Below, piece by piece: positions 15,401 through 29,371 of a stretch of 64,000 nt of DNA. Within the stretch, counting starts at the first letter, position 1. The number at the start of each line of letters is the position of its first letter. Location: contig CM082583.2 in assembly GCA_040954595.2 (NCBI GenBank), positions 11,942,636 to 12,006,635 of the forward strand, read 5' to 3'. The position numbers were made by a program, and so were the translations under genes. Source of the stretch: Balanoglossus misakiensis. Its lineage: Eukaryota; Animalia; Hemichordata. The notes under the pieces are model-generated. The model saw only the letters and a list, made by a program, of their open reading frames with translations. It did not search any database and was not told where the DNA came from.

Positions 15401-18400
15401 ATAACATGCTAATTTTCAAACGGCCGGTTCAGGTGATTTCTGAACAGATTAAGTGACTAGACACACTTCGAATTCGCTAAGATTATCCTGAGTCATCTTA
15501 TTGACACTGAGAAACAATTATCACCTTGGGTCGCCCAAGTTAAAGACGTCTCAGTAGAGAATAACGAATCCAGTTTTAATTTGAGAAAAACACAGATGGG
15601 GGCTTTGCAGAATCTATTTTGATTGAATCTACACTTCCATCCTTTTACGTTATTACCAGCCAGCGATGTAATATTCTGCAGTGCTGTTGTTATATCGGAC
15701 TAGACTGTCACATCTCAAACGATTTCTTCGATTTGAAGAACACAGCAACGTTAAGGAGCAGTATACCTGTCTCCTTTGCTTTGCTTTGGTTCATATGTGC
15801 CACTTGTGATGAGGTCAAGCAGTACCTATTGCCCAGAGCGTGTGGCCTCGGGGCAAATTGGGATGGATCAATGCATGATTACCTGATTAGGGGATGGCTT
15901 AAACTTACATTGCTGAAATAACGGAGAGATGAGTTACTGCCGTCAGTGTTTTCAGCTCAGCAAAAAGATGACATTGATGCTGTGGAGCTGATTGAGGCGA
16001 TCGGCCTCCATCAATCCAATCATTAAGCCAGTACATTCAAGAGATACATGTACTGATCAGTTTTTTTATGTACTAAGGCCAGATTGTGTTTTCTGCATTT
16101 TTGTGTACTATTATTCCAAAAACAAAATGGTTGCATGAATTTATTAAACAAGGCATTTCACAATTATTCACCTTGGAAAATAATCATGTAAACAGGTTAA
16201 ATTTAACTTTGTAATTTATAAATTATTCAATTCACACAGCCTGGTTTGCAACATATTTAAAACTCTAACTGCATTACTTCCTATGGCCAATATTGGATAC
16301 GAAAACTACAACACAATGGCTGTCACTTGGCCATATTGGATCTCATTGTACCACAAATAGACCTGCACATGTTCATGTAATCGTATCTAATATTGAATCC
16401 TCATTGTACAAATTTTGACAGGACCATCCTGTTCAAACACACGTGAACTGAAAATTAAACCAGCCGAGATTGTTTTGTAAAAAGAAAGACAAGATGTGTC
16501 ATAGGGCACAAACTCATGCAAGCTTTGAATTATTAAAACCAGCCAAGTATGATGATAGATGGACAGATGGAATGACAGGCTGACTCAGTCTAATGCAAGT
16601 TTTTTCTTTTCACCCAATGTAGTCCCTAAAAATAGATGCATTATTGTTGACTGTTTTAAATTACAATATGCATGCCATATGAAGTTTTTGCGAAAGTACC
16701 GGTATGTATGTTATGTATTAAATCACTGAAATGTAAAATATGATTCAAAACCCTATACGGTGCAGTTCACACAAACAAGCATATTGTATCAACTTTCTGG
16801 CCAGTTGAGCTATTTGGGATTTTTCCTTAAATCTGAATTTTTTCTTGTCAAATTTCACAGACTACTGTACATAATATCCCTTCAATTAGGCTTCACTTTT
16901 GCTGCAATTTCTGAAAATAATGATTGCCAAACAGACACTGAATGGCGGCACTTTGAAATGAAGCCATAATTTACGACACAAAATAATTACTGTGATGCCT
17001 TACAGTGTATATATCCATCACAAACCAACGACAGAGATATTGTGTTATTTCCTGTGGCAAACATTGGCACTGGAAATAAAATTTGGAGGCAACTGTAAAG
17101 ATCTGGTAGCAGATTGAGGGCGTACATATATTGAGTGCAGTTCCAACATCATTCCTTCTTGTCACATTAGTCCTTCATAATATTGAAGTTGAAGTAACGA
17201 GTACTAATATATTGGGTGCTGGCTTTTGGAAAATGCCTTCCGGTTTTAGTGGGGACGACACTAAGCCAAGAGATGATGCATCTTTGAATGGTAAAAAGAA
17301 ATTCTGCTCGAGTGACCTGTTACTTTCAGTGAAAAGATATATTGGTAATTTAGGAATTGCATTTTATATTTGTTGATAAATCACCTGAACGCATTTATTT
17401 TTTATTAGTCAGTGATCTTTGTTGATCGAATCATGTGTGGATTTGCAGCCATATAACAAGTGATGGTGACACCTCTTTCATCAATGACTATAAGTACTGT
17501 GTTGTGATCAAATTTGATTTTATATGACGCAGACTATATGGATACAGAGATGTCTCTCAGAGACCTGACTGTACTGTGCAACATTTAGCAGTGTCGTGTT
17601 AATTATTGGTAATTTGCATGCCACCATTGCCAGCAATTATTTCGATCACTGCCATAAACCTCAATATTTATTTGAGATAAATGTATTAGGTTGCACAACA
17701 GCCATAGTATGCTGAAACTAGCACAATTTCATATGCATTTTAAAAATGCTATGAAAAGCTAATGGTCCTATAAATGTAACAAATCAATTATTTCAACATG
17801 TCGGGGTTATGCACAAAAAACACATAAGCCAGAAATTGGTATCTGTAAAATCCATTACCAGTATAATACTACTACCCATACAACCATAACACAGTAAGTA
17901 ATGCTTCCTGGTTTATAGTCAACTCTGACAAGTGCTTCATATCTTTTGAACCACACAGATCGGATGCTGCATCATTAACTTGGAACTGTTCCGTGCAAAC
18001 TGTGCATTACGTGACCAACTAAATTATGAATATTTCCCGTCAACCCCGAAGAAATTGAAGTTTTCATCTTCAGTCAATATCCAGTGAATAAGTCATGCAT
18101 AATGGCTCCGACAAATCCTGCAAATTGCAACGCTCTTGTTATATTTTTTGCTTTCAGTTTTGCTGAGTGTAAAATATTCAAAATCCTGAGAAAATAAAAG
18201 GAAAAGAAATCGTAACAAACAAGTGGTTGTAATGGCGTTCACGATAGCTCGGTTATTGATTAAATTCTATTTGTTGGGTCTGTCATCTCCAATAAGCCAG
18301 CTCGTGTCTTCTTCTCACAGGCTGCAGTTGGCAAAATCAATTTTTAATTTTCTGTGGCGATAGTTATATATACATGTGTCGGTTTGATGATGAGAGAACC

Positions 18401-21400
18401 ACTTGCGGCGCAACGATTCTTATTTTTTCCCCTCAACAACATCAAAAATATCAAGCTAACCAGGCCTGACTCTGACTTCCATGCCCATTCAAACAAAAAA
18501 TGACAGCGATATTTCTTCGACAATGAACCCTTGACATCGAAAAGCAACAACCATCACCGGGGGCAAACAATTGTCCCTCAAATTACCATGGCAACACTTT
18601 CCAGAGCTGTATCCCATAAGACTACATCTCAAATTACTCTCCCATTTTTTTTCCTGCTTCACACTGTTCTAAATACATAATTTTATTACTGACATCACAG
18701 TCCATTTTTTCCAGTTTTTATTATTAAATAATTTAAACAAACTGCTAAGGGATTTGACATTTAACAAGCCAATACTGTTATCCTCTTTTTATCCTTCTCT
18801 GTAACGACTTCTGTACTGAATTTAACATTTCCAGAGTTCTACGTTTTTTGAACAACCAATTCCACAATCTTATTTATTATGGTAATTTCTCCAGGTGACC
18901 TATTTTTTCACATTAAAATAAAATAAAGTCTTTGACAAAATACTCAGCACCCCATAAATCATATTGATAATATTTGCACTTTTTAAATAGGTTAAAATGG
19001 ATTGTGTTATCTGTTTTATAGTACATTAATTTCCAACTATAAAATTGTAGACGCCAAGAGGGTTTATTTTGTCAAATATATTAACCTTACAGTAGACTTT
19101 TTTATGTTGAACTCATAACAGAGGGAAACAAGCCATTAAAGAATATCAAAAAACGATTTCACATCATTGGATCTGTCACGTCTATGGCTTTCATAGGGAA
19201 CACTGTATGAAAAATGAGAATTTCCGAGACCTACAACAGGTATCCAATGGCTGCCTATTGTATGCAGCTACAATGGTCTACGGGTTACGGTTTCCAAATC
19301 ATTAATATTTAATTTGTAGAAATTTCCTGCATCGGGTGTATATCAATAGCGAGCTAAACAGACGCTGATAATCAAATTATTTGTTCAATTATCACACAGG
19401 GGTGATTCATTTAGTTTAAACACTATAATAATAAACAGAAAAAATAGTCGGTGAAAGTGAAATGTACAAAAATTGCAATTTGTTTTTTTTTCTCAGTGAC
19501 CATATTTTTGCAATTATTGTTCCAAATCAATTGAGTATTTGAGTGTATGTCACATGCACTGGTCATCTTAAAACGACTACTAAGACAGTGGATCTCTTGA
19601 ATACACAGGTGTATAAATCACTCTCTTAGACATGGCTCCCAAGATGATGTTTTCACTTACGGTAGAGTACAGCCTATTTCTTCGACGCAGTCACATGTAG
19701 CTTGGTCTACTGAGCTTTAATACACAAGCAGCTAATATATTTCACTCGGCCTGCGACAGCAAAATAAGTGTTCGCAGCCATTAGAATTACCATGGCTGTA
19801 CTTCGAAGCAAATATCATCACAGTGTCTGAATATACCAGTACTATATATTTTCTATTGAAGTGCGTTTTCAACTGACAGCCAAATTGAAGCCCCATTTCT
19901 AGAATTCAGTAAATGGCTCTGGAACTTGCTGAGTTGAGAAAGTGACTAGGCTATATCCCAATTACTTCCCATCTCTTTGTGGGATTGTTTACTCAAATCG
20001 CAGAGTAACTTCGACACATTCTCGGAAGAGCATAACCTTTACATGTTTTCAGAACACTATATGTGCTTCCTAGAAATTGTCTACTTTTTTTCAAAAATTC
20101 TGTCATGACATTTCTGGACAAAATAAAACTAACCCAGATCTTTATGTATTAATACAAGGACTTCAATGATAACACATGCATTACAGAAACTTATTTCACA
20201 AGGTATAGGCAATTTTAATGATCTGGAAATATCCCCCCGAAAATTGTCCCGATGATTGACATGTCCATGTAAGCTATTATCATTGCAGAAGAATGCCAGT
20301 TCCTCAAATCTTTGCCTTAATACTCAATATACCTGACGCTGGGCCAATGCTTGCTTTCTGTCACAGTGACAGGTAATTCATTACTAGAGAGATGACTCTG
20401 TTTAGCTTAATTCGCCGGCTTAGGAAAAACACCGCGCAAAAAGGAATAAACCGTCATCAGTGTTGAGTTCTTGTCAGGGTGAGTGTCTGTCTTCCTTCCA
20501 GGAAATATTAAAGTCTTTTCTTTTCTGGAAAATCTTCCCATTGTTCCGCGGTATAACCTTGACTCTAGCTGGAACTCTCCATACAATTCTGACATCTGTT
20601 CAGATCGAGTGACCCCAGTTTGTCAGTGCAGGCTTTGCCAATAATACACAGGCTTCATCCATAATTCAAGCAATTACCGGTACTTTACAATAATTTCACC
20701 TGTTGTCACCGGGCTTGATTGTTGGCTGAATGTAATCGCTTGTGATTATACAGCAGCTATGTTTTTTATCTAGCACTTAATTCCAACTCAACTGTCAGTA
20801 TTAATTGGTTGTAGGACAGAATCAGGGGTTTTAATACAGCGAATTGAATTTCTCATGTCATTGTCATGTGACCAGCCCAACAAGCCACTAAAGCAATTGT
20901 GATTTCATTTGCCAGAGATTGTTAATTAAAGGCACATGAGCTGCAACTTTAGGGATAATAATCATAATTTTTTTTCCAAACTGAACAACCATCAGCCCAC
21001 ACAGATGTATGTACTGAACTATATACAAGTATTATAAACCCTAAACATGAGTGCATATATGCAAGTTTTAACCAGATAAATAATAATAAAGCTTTGCTAT
21101 AAAGGAATATGGCTGCCATATCTGCAACAACTTGTTGGCCGTCCTATAAAATTTTGACCTTGGATTAGAATTGAAAGTGATAGTCTCAAAACACACATTA
21201 TATAACAGGAAATCCATATGATGTCATAGTATACTAATAGCTACAAATATAGAATTAGTCGAGGTAAATATGGTCGGATTTTGAAAAAAATATTCAGTGT
21301 TACCTTCTTGTAAATACTAAACAGGTTCATGTATATACAGTAAATATGAAATTAAAAGACAGTATAATACTTCACTCTACAGTTACACCTCACGAATTGA

Positions 21401-24400
21401 ACATAAAAATTGTAAGTTAAAATGCCTGTCCCTAATACGACAGACCATATGTCGTCACACTTAATTTAAATTCTGGGCTCACGCTGACCTTCAATTGAAA
21501 CAGCATTCCGATTACATTTCACGGGTTTACTTTTGCCTGTTAGTTAGGACATCCTCTATTACGTTATAGTCACCCACAATGTTATCACACTCCAATGTCT
21601 GTTGGTGAATTAACAGGTCACACAATTTGACGGCTGTCACTTTCTACATCCAAGTGATGAGTCACACCTGTTGTTGTTTACTTTATTTTGACATTTTTTA
21701 GACATTTTCATTTTCTAGATAGCCTATTCAATCAGAAATAAAGCATCTGATGAAATTTAACATACTTCACTTAAATTGAAATATAGCTGGCACAAAGCAA
21801 TTTCATTTTGCTGCTTAATTCACTCTTCTAAGAATCTGATGAATTTTTAACGACAGACAAGTAACGTGGCTCTGTCATCTCTTTGCCAGTACAGTGTGCG
21901 TATCATTACAGACGTCGATATATCTATAGTGGAAAGGCTTCGTTAAGAACAACCGCACGTATATTGTCGCATTTCCGCTGAATTGCGAGCTAATGTGTCT
22001 CCATAAATTGTCCGACATATGTTAGCGCATAACCCACACACAATGCACATCAAAAGCCTCATTGATTTGTGCGGGCTTTGAGCACCTTGTCATTGAAATG
22101 CCGGACACATGGTATTGATCACATCGCCTGAATTGCAAACAGATCAGGGAGGGATCGGGGCTGAGCTGTACCACAGAGGAATGACTGGCACTCTGTGCAG
22201 ATCTGCTGGTTAATTCATGGGACACAAAGGGGTTATACATATACACACGTTTCTTGCCTTCAGAGAATGATCAAAGCCTGGAGATTGCTAACTGAATTAT
22301 TTTTTGTATCACGATGCAGCTCACCTTCTAGCTTTTTATTCAGTGTGTTTTTGAATTGTTAGGCAGGGCAGCAGCTGTATACAGACTGATACACAACACG
22401 TTTTAAACTCATTCACGGCAGATAAACTCTTATCGTTCAGTCAAGAATCAAACTTAGAGTTATTGTGCGCAAAAGAAGAAGAAAGTGGTACAGATGGAAT
22501 TGATTATGTGATAATACTGTATGCATCTTAATTCAGGTTTTTAATTCATGCTAGGGCACCAAATCGGTATATTTGCATTCTGGGTAAAAGGTTGACAACT
22601 CACTGTAGTAAGAGGTAGAAGAAATTGTAGGTTTTAACTGTATTTCACGAATTCCCTTGGTCAAACATTTCTGTCTTTGTAGTTAGTATGTTAAACTCAT
22701 TCAACTTTTTCACACTTTCTTATAAGATCTTTTAACAAAGCTCAAACATCTAACATAAGTATTGAAATACAGGTGTAACTGGCCTTTGGCAATTCTCCCT
22801 ATTTTCTCACAATGTTAGGGGCACTAATTTTTCTATGCACGTATCACTTCTTTAAAGCCTCATGATATCAATCCCTATGCTCACACGATCAGTCATGTTG
22901 AAATTAAATTGAATAAATACACAGAATATCAAAATAGCCTTGGTGAAGCATAGCAGCTCTGTACACATTTCAAATGAGCAAAAAAAGCAGGTATCTGTTT
23001 CAGCTGACTAGATTCAAATTAATTTTCACTTCCAAGCTGCCCACAGAGTGTGGATGTTTTTCCACTGTGGGAATTAACAGATAATATAGACAGACACATT
23101 ATTTTCTTTTCATCAGACTTCTTAATAACAGTGTATGTGCACAGCATCATCATTATTGTGGCTTTGGGGCTTCAATCCAAGATTCAAGACTTGCATGTTT
23201 TAATGTTTCAGGTTAAAATGAGTTGAAATGTTATGATATGATGAGCCTGTTGCATTTGTACAAAAAATTACAAATGTCTAAAACCACATTAGATAAGTTC
23301 ACTTGGTAACTTTCACTAACTTTGAAGTAATTCTTACATCAATATTATAAAAAGTTTCACCAAATTTAGTATAGTATAAATTAAGGAATAATGCAAATAT
23401 TAAAAGAGATCACTTAATATTTAAATAAGCAGATACTTGACATGACACACATAGTACCATCATGACCTTGTGAGATTGCTATCTGTGAAATTCTATGAAT
23501 ATGCCAATTATTCCATTGTGTTATATCCATGCATAGATAATTACTATCAGAAAATTCTGCACTTCATTAATATGCACGCCCATTAAAATCTAATCAGTTC
23601 TTAATTGCCATTTTTTTTAAACTATCACACCCTGGCTATTTCAGATCTAAGACTGGAAAACATTCCGATGACAGATGTTGTCATCAGAAATGTTTTCCAC
23701 ACACTGCCGCTATAATTTATAAATACACATGGTCTGACCAGAATTTGCTTCTGTGTGGTGATATCGCCATGCACCACTCTTATTAAACTTCTTCCCAGAA
23801 GTCGATAATCTGCACAGTTTTTTTTAGAAATTGTAGCCTCTCTTTTCCAGCCCAATTAAAAGCCATAGTCATTCAATTATTGTTCTTGCATTTCATGTCA
23901 GTGGGATTAAAACCACTTAAACCATGTTAAAACTAGGGGTGTCCAATCACCACTGGCTGTATCAGGTTGCATACCTCATGCAGTGATAGCATGTTAACCT
24001 TTTTAGGACAGCTACTGAAAAACTCAACAATTTTAAATGGTTTGGCTGGACTATGTGTATAAGGATTTTACAACGGTTTCTAAAGACGTACTGCCAGTTT
24101 CATTTCCATCTGATGAAATCAGCTGGTATAAATCACTCATCCCCTTTTTTAGAGGGACATTAACTGTAACTGGTTGCTTTACTGAAAACATAGCGGCCCG
24201 GAGCTTTAATACAACCTAACAATATATAATCAGAGATCACGCCTACATGTCAAACCCATGCAAAGCGAAAAACTATCAACACAAAACAGGATGTGAAAAA
24301 CTGTGGCCTCGACACAACCTACAAAGACTTAAAAATGACACATTCAAGTGAGACGTAATATTTACGAGAGCTCCCCATCCTATGGAAGCACAATATATAT

Positions 24401-27127
24401 TTCCATCAAATTTCTTGATGGCTTCCCCTCATAAAAATATGTCATAAATATTATTCCGGGCATCATCCCACAAGCTTATACTTTATCATTCCTCTTTTAA
24501 ATAATGAATGGTTGATTGTAACCTCGATGTCACTTTGACGAATACACTGCAATTCACAGAGGGTGATTTATGCTAATAACAGGATGGCGAGTTATTGCAT
24601 CTTGGCGAGCGCTTGACAAATGCATTCTCTTCTCTCTTCTCGTGTAAATACAGACTAGGGAGGTGAAACAGAATTCTAATTTGCGAGTCCAGTTAGCATG
24701 TCGGTCCAACCGATATGTTCCATGGCAATGAGCCATTGCCAAGGTTGCAGCACCTACAGTCGCTACTTTAAAAAGTCACAAGATGAATACTAGTAGACGT
24801 CTGATGAGAATGGGTACCAGAGATCTTCATGAACCAACCATTGACACCTGCTGATATTGATAAATTCATTGCGACAAGCCATGTTGTTAAAATGTCTTGT
24901 TTTATGGGCCTTTTCCTCGTAAAAAAAACACCCATCAACGTGACAGTGGCTAAGACTGCACTTAAGATCTGCGATCAGGGTGTTCTGTGATATTACTATT
25001 GGCTACTAATTACAAGTTCATTTTCACAATTTACATATTTCCCACATCTTGTCTTCAATCTAAAAAGCCTTTCCATGTCAAAGTCATGATCCGTTTACTC
25101 ATGCATATCTGCCTCTGACACTCATGAGTACGTTCCAAATATCAATGATACATGTACCGGTACATGCCCATTGTACTGTTATCCTTTTAAAATTGGAGTA
25201 TGTCACTGACAGGTGATGTTCAGGTGAAAAGAAATACTTGCTATTTTTGCTATACTCAACGTGGTACTATTTAGTTATTACTAGGCTTTATACTTTCATA
25301 CTTTGCTTTTATTGATGAAGCTAAAATTATATTGTGTGAGGTATCCCAAACAGATTACATCACTGCAGGTCAAACACTTGAAACCACTTGACGTGCAGTA
25401 TACATGTACTTCATAGTAGAGATGGTGGTTAGAGGATGCAGACTCTCAATTGACACACTGCATGTTATCAGGCTTCCTACTCCTATCACAAAGTTTACAC
25501 ACTCTCAGAAATAGATGCTGCCGTTCTTTGATAGTGTATATACCCAGGTGACGGTTGCTATGGTGTGAAAGACTCGATGCCGATGAAGAATTATCACAGC
25601 ATGGGTTTCACGACAGCCAATGGTTATAGTGATGGCCGCACTAATACCATCCCTGCCAGGTTTCTGTATGTGACAGACTGCAGTGCCTTCATATGTTTGG
25701 GTACTATTGGGGCGAATACAAGCAGTGCAGTGATTGATACAGCGGCCTCCTATATAGAAGTCATGTCTGTACATATGTACCATACATGTAGCTATAAACA
25801 CTAGTGGGGTCACTTGCACTGAACCTCAACGCTAAGCAACAGTAACCATGGTTACTATCTCAGTACTATGTACATGTACATAAAAATAAACCATACAGTA
25901 CAATTGTGTTTAAAAAAAGAAGAAAACAGAATCAAAACTGCAGTGTCTGACAAATATATTATAAAATGAAAGCACTAGTTCTTGCTTAATATTAAAATAT
26001 TTTTTTTACAATTTATATTTGATAGTTTGACAAACCCTTAGTTGTACAATTTACCATGCCATCTTATTTCATCAATTTTTACTGCATATGTAGTGCTTCT
26101 GTAATCATCTACCGGCACCATTTGTGTGTTTAATCTTTTAGTTTTATCTGACAGAGGCAACATGCCTCTTGCAACAAAAAAACACTAGTAGCAGTAATAA
26201 AGATGACTAGATGTAAAGATTAGGCACCCGCCCGATGATAATTGCAGTTTTACTGTGCATTTGAAGCCGAAGACTGATACAGAATGTAATGCTATGACAA
26301 CCATCTGGTAATTAGAATACTGCAATTTTGGAAAAGGCTTTTACAAGTCAGCAACAATTGGGACGCAGGTTCTTCGTTTGTTTTATCAATACAAACAGCT
26401 GTGGTGGGTATACACAGCCTAATTACCCGCATTCTGAGTACAATTACCTACCTTGGAAGGATAAGTCGGTTTCTCTAGTTCAAGGCTGACTCTTAATCCG
26501 CATGTATGTCGCTAATGGTGCACACTCATCAAACATGATATGCAGACAGGTTGGGCCTTGATTCTCATTACCTGGTGCGCCCATGCACATACATCAGGCA
26601 CAGAGCTGCTGCGGGGGGGGGGGGGCTACATCTATTAAATACGGTTCAGTAAACCCATTGGTCACCCGTTAAAATGATGAATTTCACACTCAGAATGGCT
26701 GGGTGGGGGGGGGGGATAAGTTGTAAAACAGGTTATTTTCGCAGTTGCCACTTTCGAAAATGTGAAAATTTCCTGTCGCGAAAATAACCCATTTTACAGT
26801 ATATTCCCGTGTGAGATACCTGCTCAATAACTGACAGACGAAAAATCTACAGAGACATATATATCATACCTGTTTCTCATTGTCTTTCTTAGATATGGTC
26901 ATCCTCTCACAGTAACAGCCTTCCAACAGAGCCACGCCAGAGAGTTTGGTCGTCGAGTCATTCTCATAGTAGAACAGCAAGTTCTGGTAGAGGGCAAACC
27001 AGCGTTGCTGCCATTTCCCAGTGTCTGCGCTCTTCTTGTAGAGGTAGCCGGCGATGGTGTGGTCCGTCCGTGCCTTGCTGGCCAGATTCAACAGCTGATT
27101 CTCATTCAGTCGTATTGCCTTCTGCAT
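408..27127 (-). CDS. RASGRF1: Ras-specific guanine nucleotide-releasing factor (RasGRF1/2 homologue); 5' part only, continues beyond the left edge
   Basis: Coding exons (minus, all GT-AG, phases consistent): 26870-27127, 10368-10477, 5551-5698, 5261-5350, 4699-4952, 4492-4571, 3182-3375, 2900-3010, 2511-2628, 2114-2283, 1813-1879, 813-964, 408-493. The translation starts MQKAIRLN, as vertebrate RASGRF1 does. It then shows PH1 ([29 protein letters not shown]), a coiled coil (KYLHLLQIL), an IQ motif ([14 protein letters not shown]), a DH domain ([27 protein letters not shown]; [16 protein letters not shown]) and PH2 ([11 protein letters not shown]; [15 protein letters not shown]). REM and CDC25 domains lie outside the window. 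Probably co-orthologous to RASGRF1 and RASGRF2. Confidence 0.96.
2366..2459 (+). mobile_element. 94-bp TTAA-flanked MITE (Kolobok-like termini)
   Basis: TTAA on both sides (2362-2365, 2460-2463) and imperfect TIRs AGTCCCATAAGCT / AGCTCATTGGGCT. The core AGCTGCAACTTTTGGGAAATTATCA recurs inverted at about 9314-9352 and direct from 20930. Confidence 0.62.
5472..5518 (+). repeat. Imperfect (CT)n microsatellite
   Basis: ctctctctctccatccctccctctctctctctcgctctctctctct, inside a RasGRF intron. Confidence 0.8.
6248..7507. mobile_element. Non-autonomous Helentron-associated (HINE/DINE-1-like) element in a RasGRF intron
   Basis: A subterminal 12-bp inverted repeat GGGGCACAAGCG (6270-6281) pairs with CGCTTGTGCCCC (7492-7503). 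A 3' hairpin TGGGGGCACAAGC-N11-GCTTGTGCCCCCA spans 7469-7505. A short (GAA)/(AAT) microsatellite lies at 7429-7446, and diverged internal direct repeats at about 6416-6458 and 6632-6673. No long ORF. Confidence 0.7.
9314..9352 (-). repeat. Fragment of the Kolobok-like MITE family
   Basis: The reverse complement CATGAGCTGCAACTTTTGGGAAATTATCAGGAAATTTAT nearly matches 2371-2409. Confidence 0.6.
13101..13185 (-). mobile_element. About 85-bp piggyBac-like MITE, copy 1
   Basis: TTAA-CCCTTTCACC...GGTGAATGGG-TTAC. Its reverse complement aligns along its length with the copies at 36576 and 37391 (shared TTCCCTGTA..AGGTC.AA and GACCAAACCA blocks). Confidence 0.75.
13510..13523. promoter_or_regulatory. 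Canonical RFX X-box
   Basis: GTTGCTATGGCAAC, a near-perfect 14-bp palindromic X-box in RasGRF intron 1. Function is untested. Confidence 0.5.
20930..21010 (+). repeat. Left end of a Kolobok-like MITE family member
   Basis: TTAA-AGGCACATGAGCTGCAACTTTAGGGATAATAATCA...AGCCCACACAGATGTA aligns with 2366-2447. The right end is not defined. Confidence 0.58.
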
Positions 27128-28850
27128 GCTGTATGCCGGATTAGTGGACAAGTGATATACCGTGCATTGAGAGTGCCACTTGGCTAATCACCTTGTAAAG
27201 ATAGTGATTACAGCGTCATCTGTGATCGTCACTCGTTTTTCATTTCCGCTGAAAAAAAGAAACGAGGTAAATGGTCAAATAACGTTTACTACTGCCTAGG
27301 CCTATGTATTTGGCACAGACATTACGGGTGCATAACTGCAAAACGTGACATTACAAAAACTTATAAAACTAAATTTTAGACTATAATGTAATTTTGTCTG
27401 AAACTAACATTCTGTCCCTGACTTTAATAGGACTGTTATGACAGTTTATTAAAAAAATTCTCTGAAAAATGGGCTCATCTTTATTCCTCGTTCACTTCAA
27501 CAATTTGTCAATTTGTAATTATTACTAATTTTTGTAATTCATGCTGGGGGGGGGGGGGGCGAAATTATATTAGAATAATTGCATTGTGGGTAACAAACTT
27601 TGCCTCTCACTGTAGTAAAAGACGTTATTCAAATTTGTTGTCCTCAAATGAGTAAGAGTGCACAGACTCAGTAGTATAGTCGATTTTTCCAGAGTTTAAA
27701 CTCCAAATGATAAACTTATACCAACAAAATGCCAGGATATAAAGGTGACATAGGGGTCATAAGTGGCCTGAAACCTCTTCTTGAAGTTGTCATCTGCATG
27801 GGATTTGTCACTCACCTGGGTCGGAAAAACCTATTTCAGGGATTGAGAATTGTTAAAACAGCATTTTCAGATACAGAATTTCATAAAATATCATCATATC
27901 CATTTTACATTACATGTGCATACAAAATCTCACTGACTGGAGAATAGAAAATATAATATCAGACTATGAAAAGTAAAATGTTCCCTAAATAAAAAAAAAA
28001 AATCCCCCAAAAAGCAATGTGTCCAAGCATACAAGGGCATTCTAATATTTGCAATTGCCTATCATTCTATTACTGTGCTGTCATGAGTGACAAAAACTAT
28101 CATTTTCCCTGTATGTCCATCATCACGATTGATTTGTGTGCACACAAACCTTGCAAAATTGAAAAAAGAACTTTCAGAAAACTCACCTGCTGCAGGCGTT
28201 TCTGTAGTGGGTGGAGTTTCAAGAGGTCACATGACCAAAAAACCTGTTGGAAATAGACACGCAAATAAAAATATAATGCAACATTATACATCTTACCGTC
28301 AAAATTCTTCTTACGACCCGGTACTTAATTTATGCAATGCAGGTCTATAATCAGTTAGAAACATACGGTCTGTTACAAAATATTGTCATGAACGCCCAGA
28401 TCGTGTTACCGATATCACGCAGGATTAGCGCTATACTAGCGTGGGTTTGATCTTTGCATCAAAAAACCCCGGCGTTAAAACGGCGAGCAGATGCACTTTT
28501 TTCACAAACTACTCCAACGCATCTAAAACCGAACACTGCACTCAATGAAAAATCGATACAAGAATCACAATCTCACGTCTCCTGCTAGCCTAAAACTGAG
28601 ACCTGCCACGACAGAGAACCCAATCATTTCATCGGGTAACCAACACTCTGCAAGGCGAATGTTTGTGATAATGTTCACACCAGCACACTGCAGCACTACA
28701 CTACGAACGATGCATCCCTTCAAAATGTTGTTAAAAAAGACTTCACACCACCAGTACTTCCTAAACTTACTATCACCGACAGCTCCCACTGTCAACAGTT
28801 AAAGTTTGATGGTTTTCGTGACTTGACAATATCAAACAATGAACACACAC

Positions 28851-29040
28851 CTGTCCGTTCCGTGTAGGACTTTCCTCACTTGCTTCTCTTGGCACGATCA
28901 ACAACCAGATGAACAGGTCCGGCGAATATCCGCCGCTCGACTCGACTCAGTTTGATCAGTTCGTTCTCCTGTGAGAAGGATGTGAGGGCTCCCTTCTCAA
29001 TTAACGAACAGAGGACCCGCATCACCGTACCCTCTCATCT
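28851..29040 (-). other. Putative non-coding first exon / promoter region of RasGRF
   Basis: The ATG-bearing exon has a clear acceptor (tttctttttttcAG, exon starts at 27248), so an upstream UTR exon must exist. A donor-like CAG|GTGTGT at 28851 sits in a CpG-richer patch just downstream of the SLC5 gene end. The 5' boundary is approximate. Confidence 0.4.
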
Positions 29041-29371
29041 TCATCATGTTCACTATGTGAACGCGTTCAGACGACATTTTTTCATGTGCAGAAAATATGC
29101 GTAGAACCGAAAAACTGTCCCCAGAATTCTATGGAAACACGTTGAACATAATCCATATACAGTAGAATTGACAACTAATAGTATCATTATTTAATGAATG
29201 GGAATAGAAAGTTTAATTAAACCAATGAGCAGGGGTTTTGAAAAGTCCAGTGAATTATTGCATCAAAAATAATGAAAGTAGGATATAAAAAACACTGAAA
29301 AATTAGTCTTCATCGTGATTAAAACTATCAGAGCCAAACACTTCACTCTGGCTGTTTCTCGAAGGAATCTA

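Noticed and set aside
16280-16590. Degenerate repeat-like segment (GGCCATATTGGA at 16329 is the inverse of 7289-7300); a similar-looking stretch at about 23350-23605
   Set aside because: Probably old HINE-like fragments, but the similarity is too short to define boundaries without a search.
10478-26869. Many 60-104 aa ORFs in the RasGRF first intron, as a possible nested gene
   Set aside because: No recognisable domains, no consistent exon chain, and composition typical of random ORFs in AT-rich DNA.
26612-27560. Poly-G runs (about 26613, 26705, 27546; also about 43974 and poly-C about 48587) as G-quadruplex elements
   Set aside because: Simple homopolymers of uncertain assembled length, with no evidence of function.
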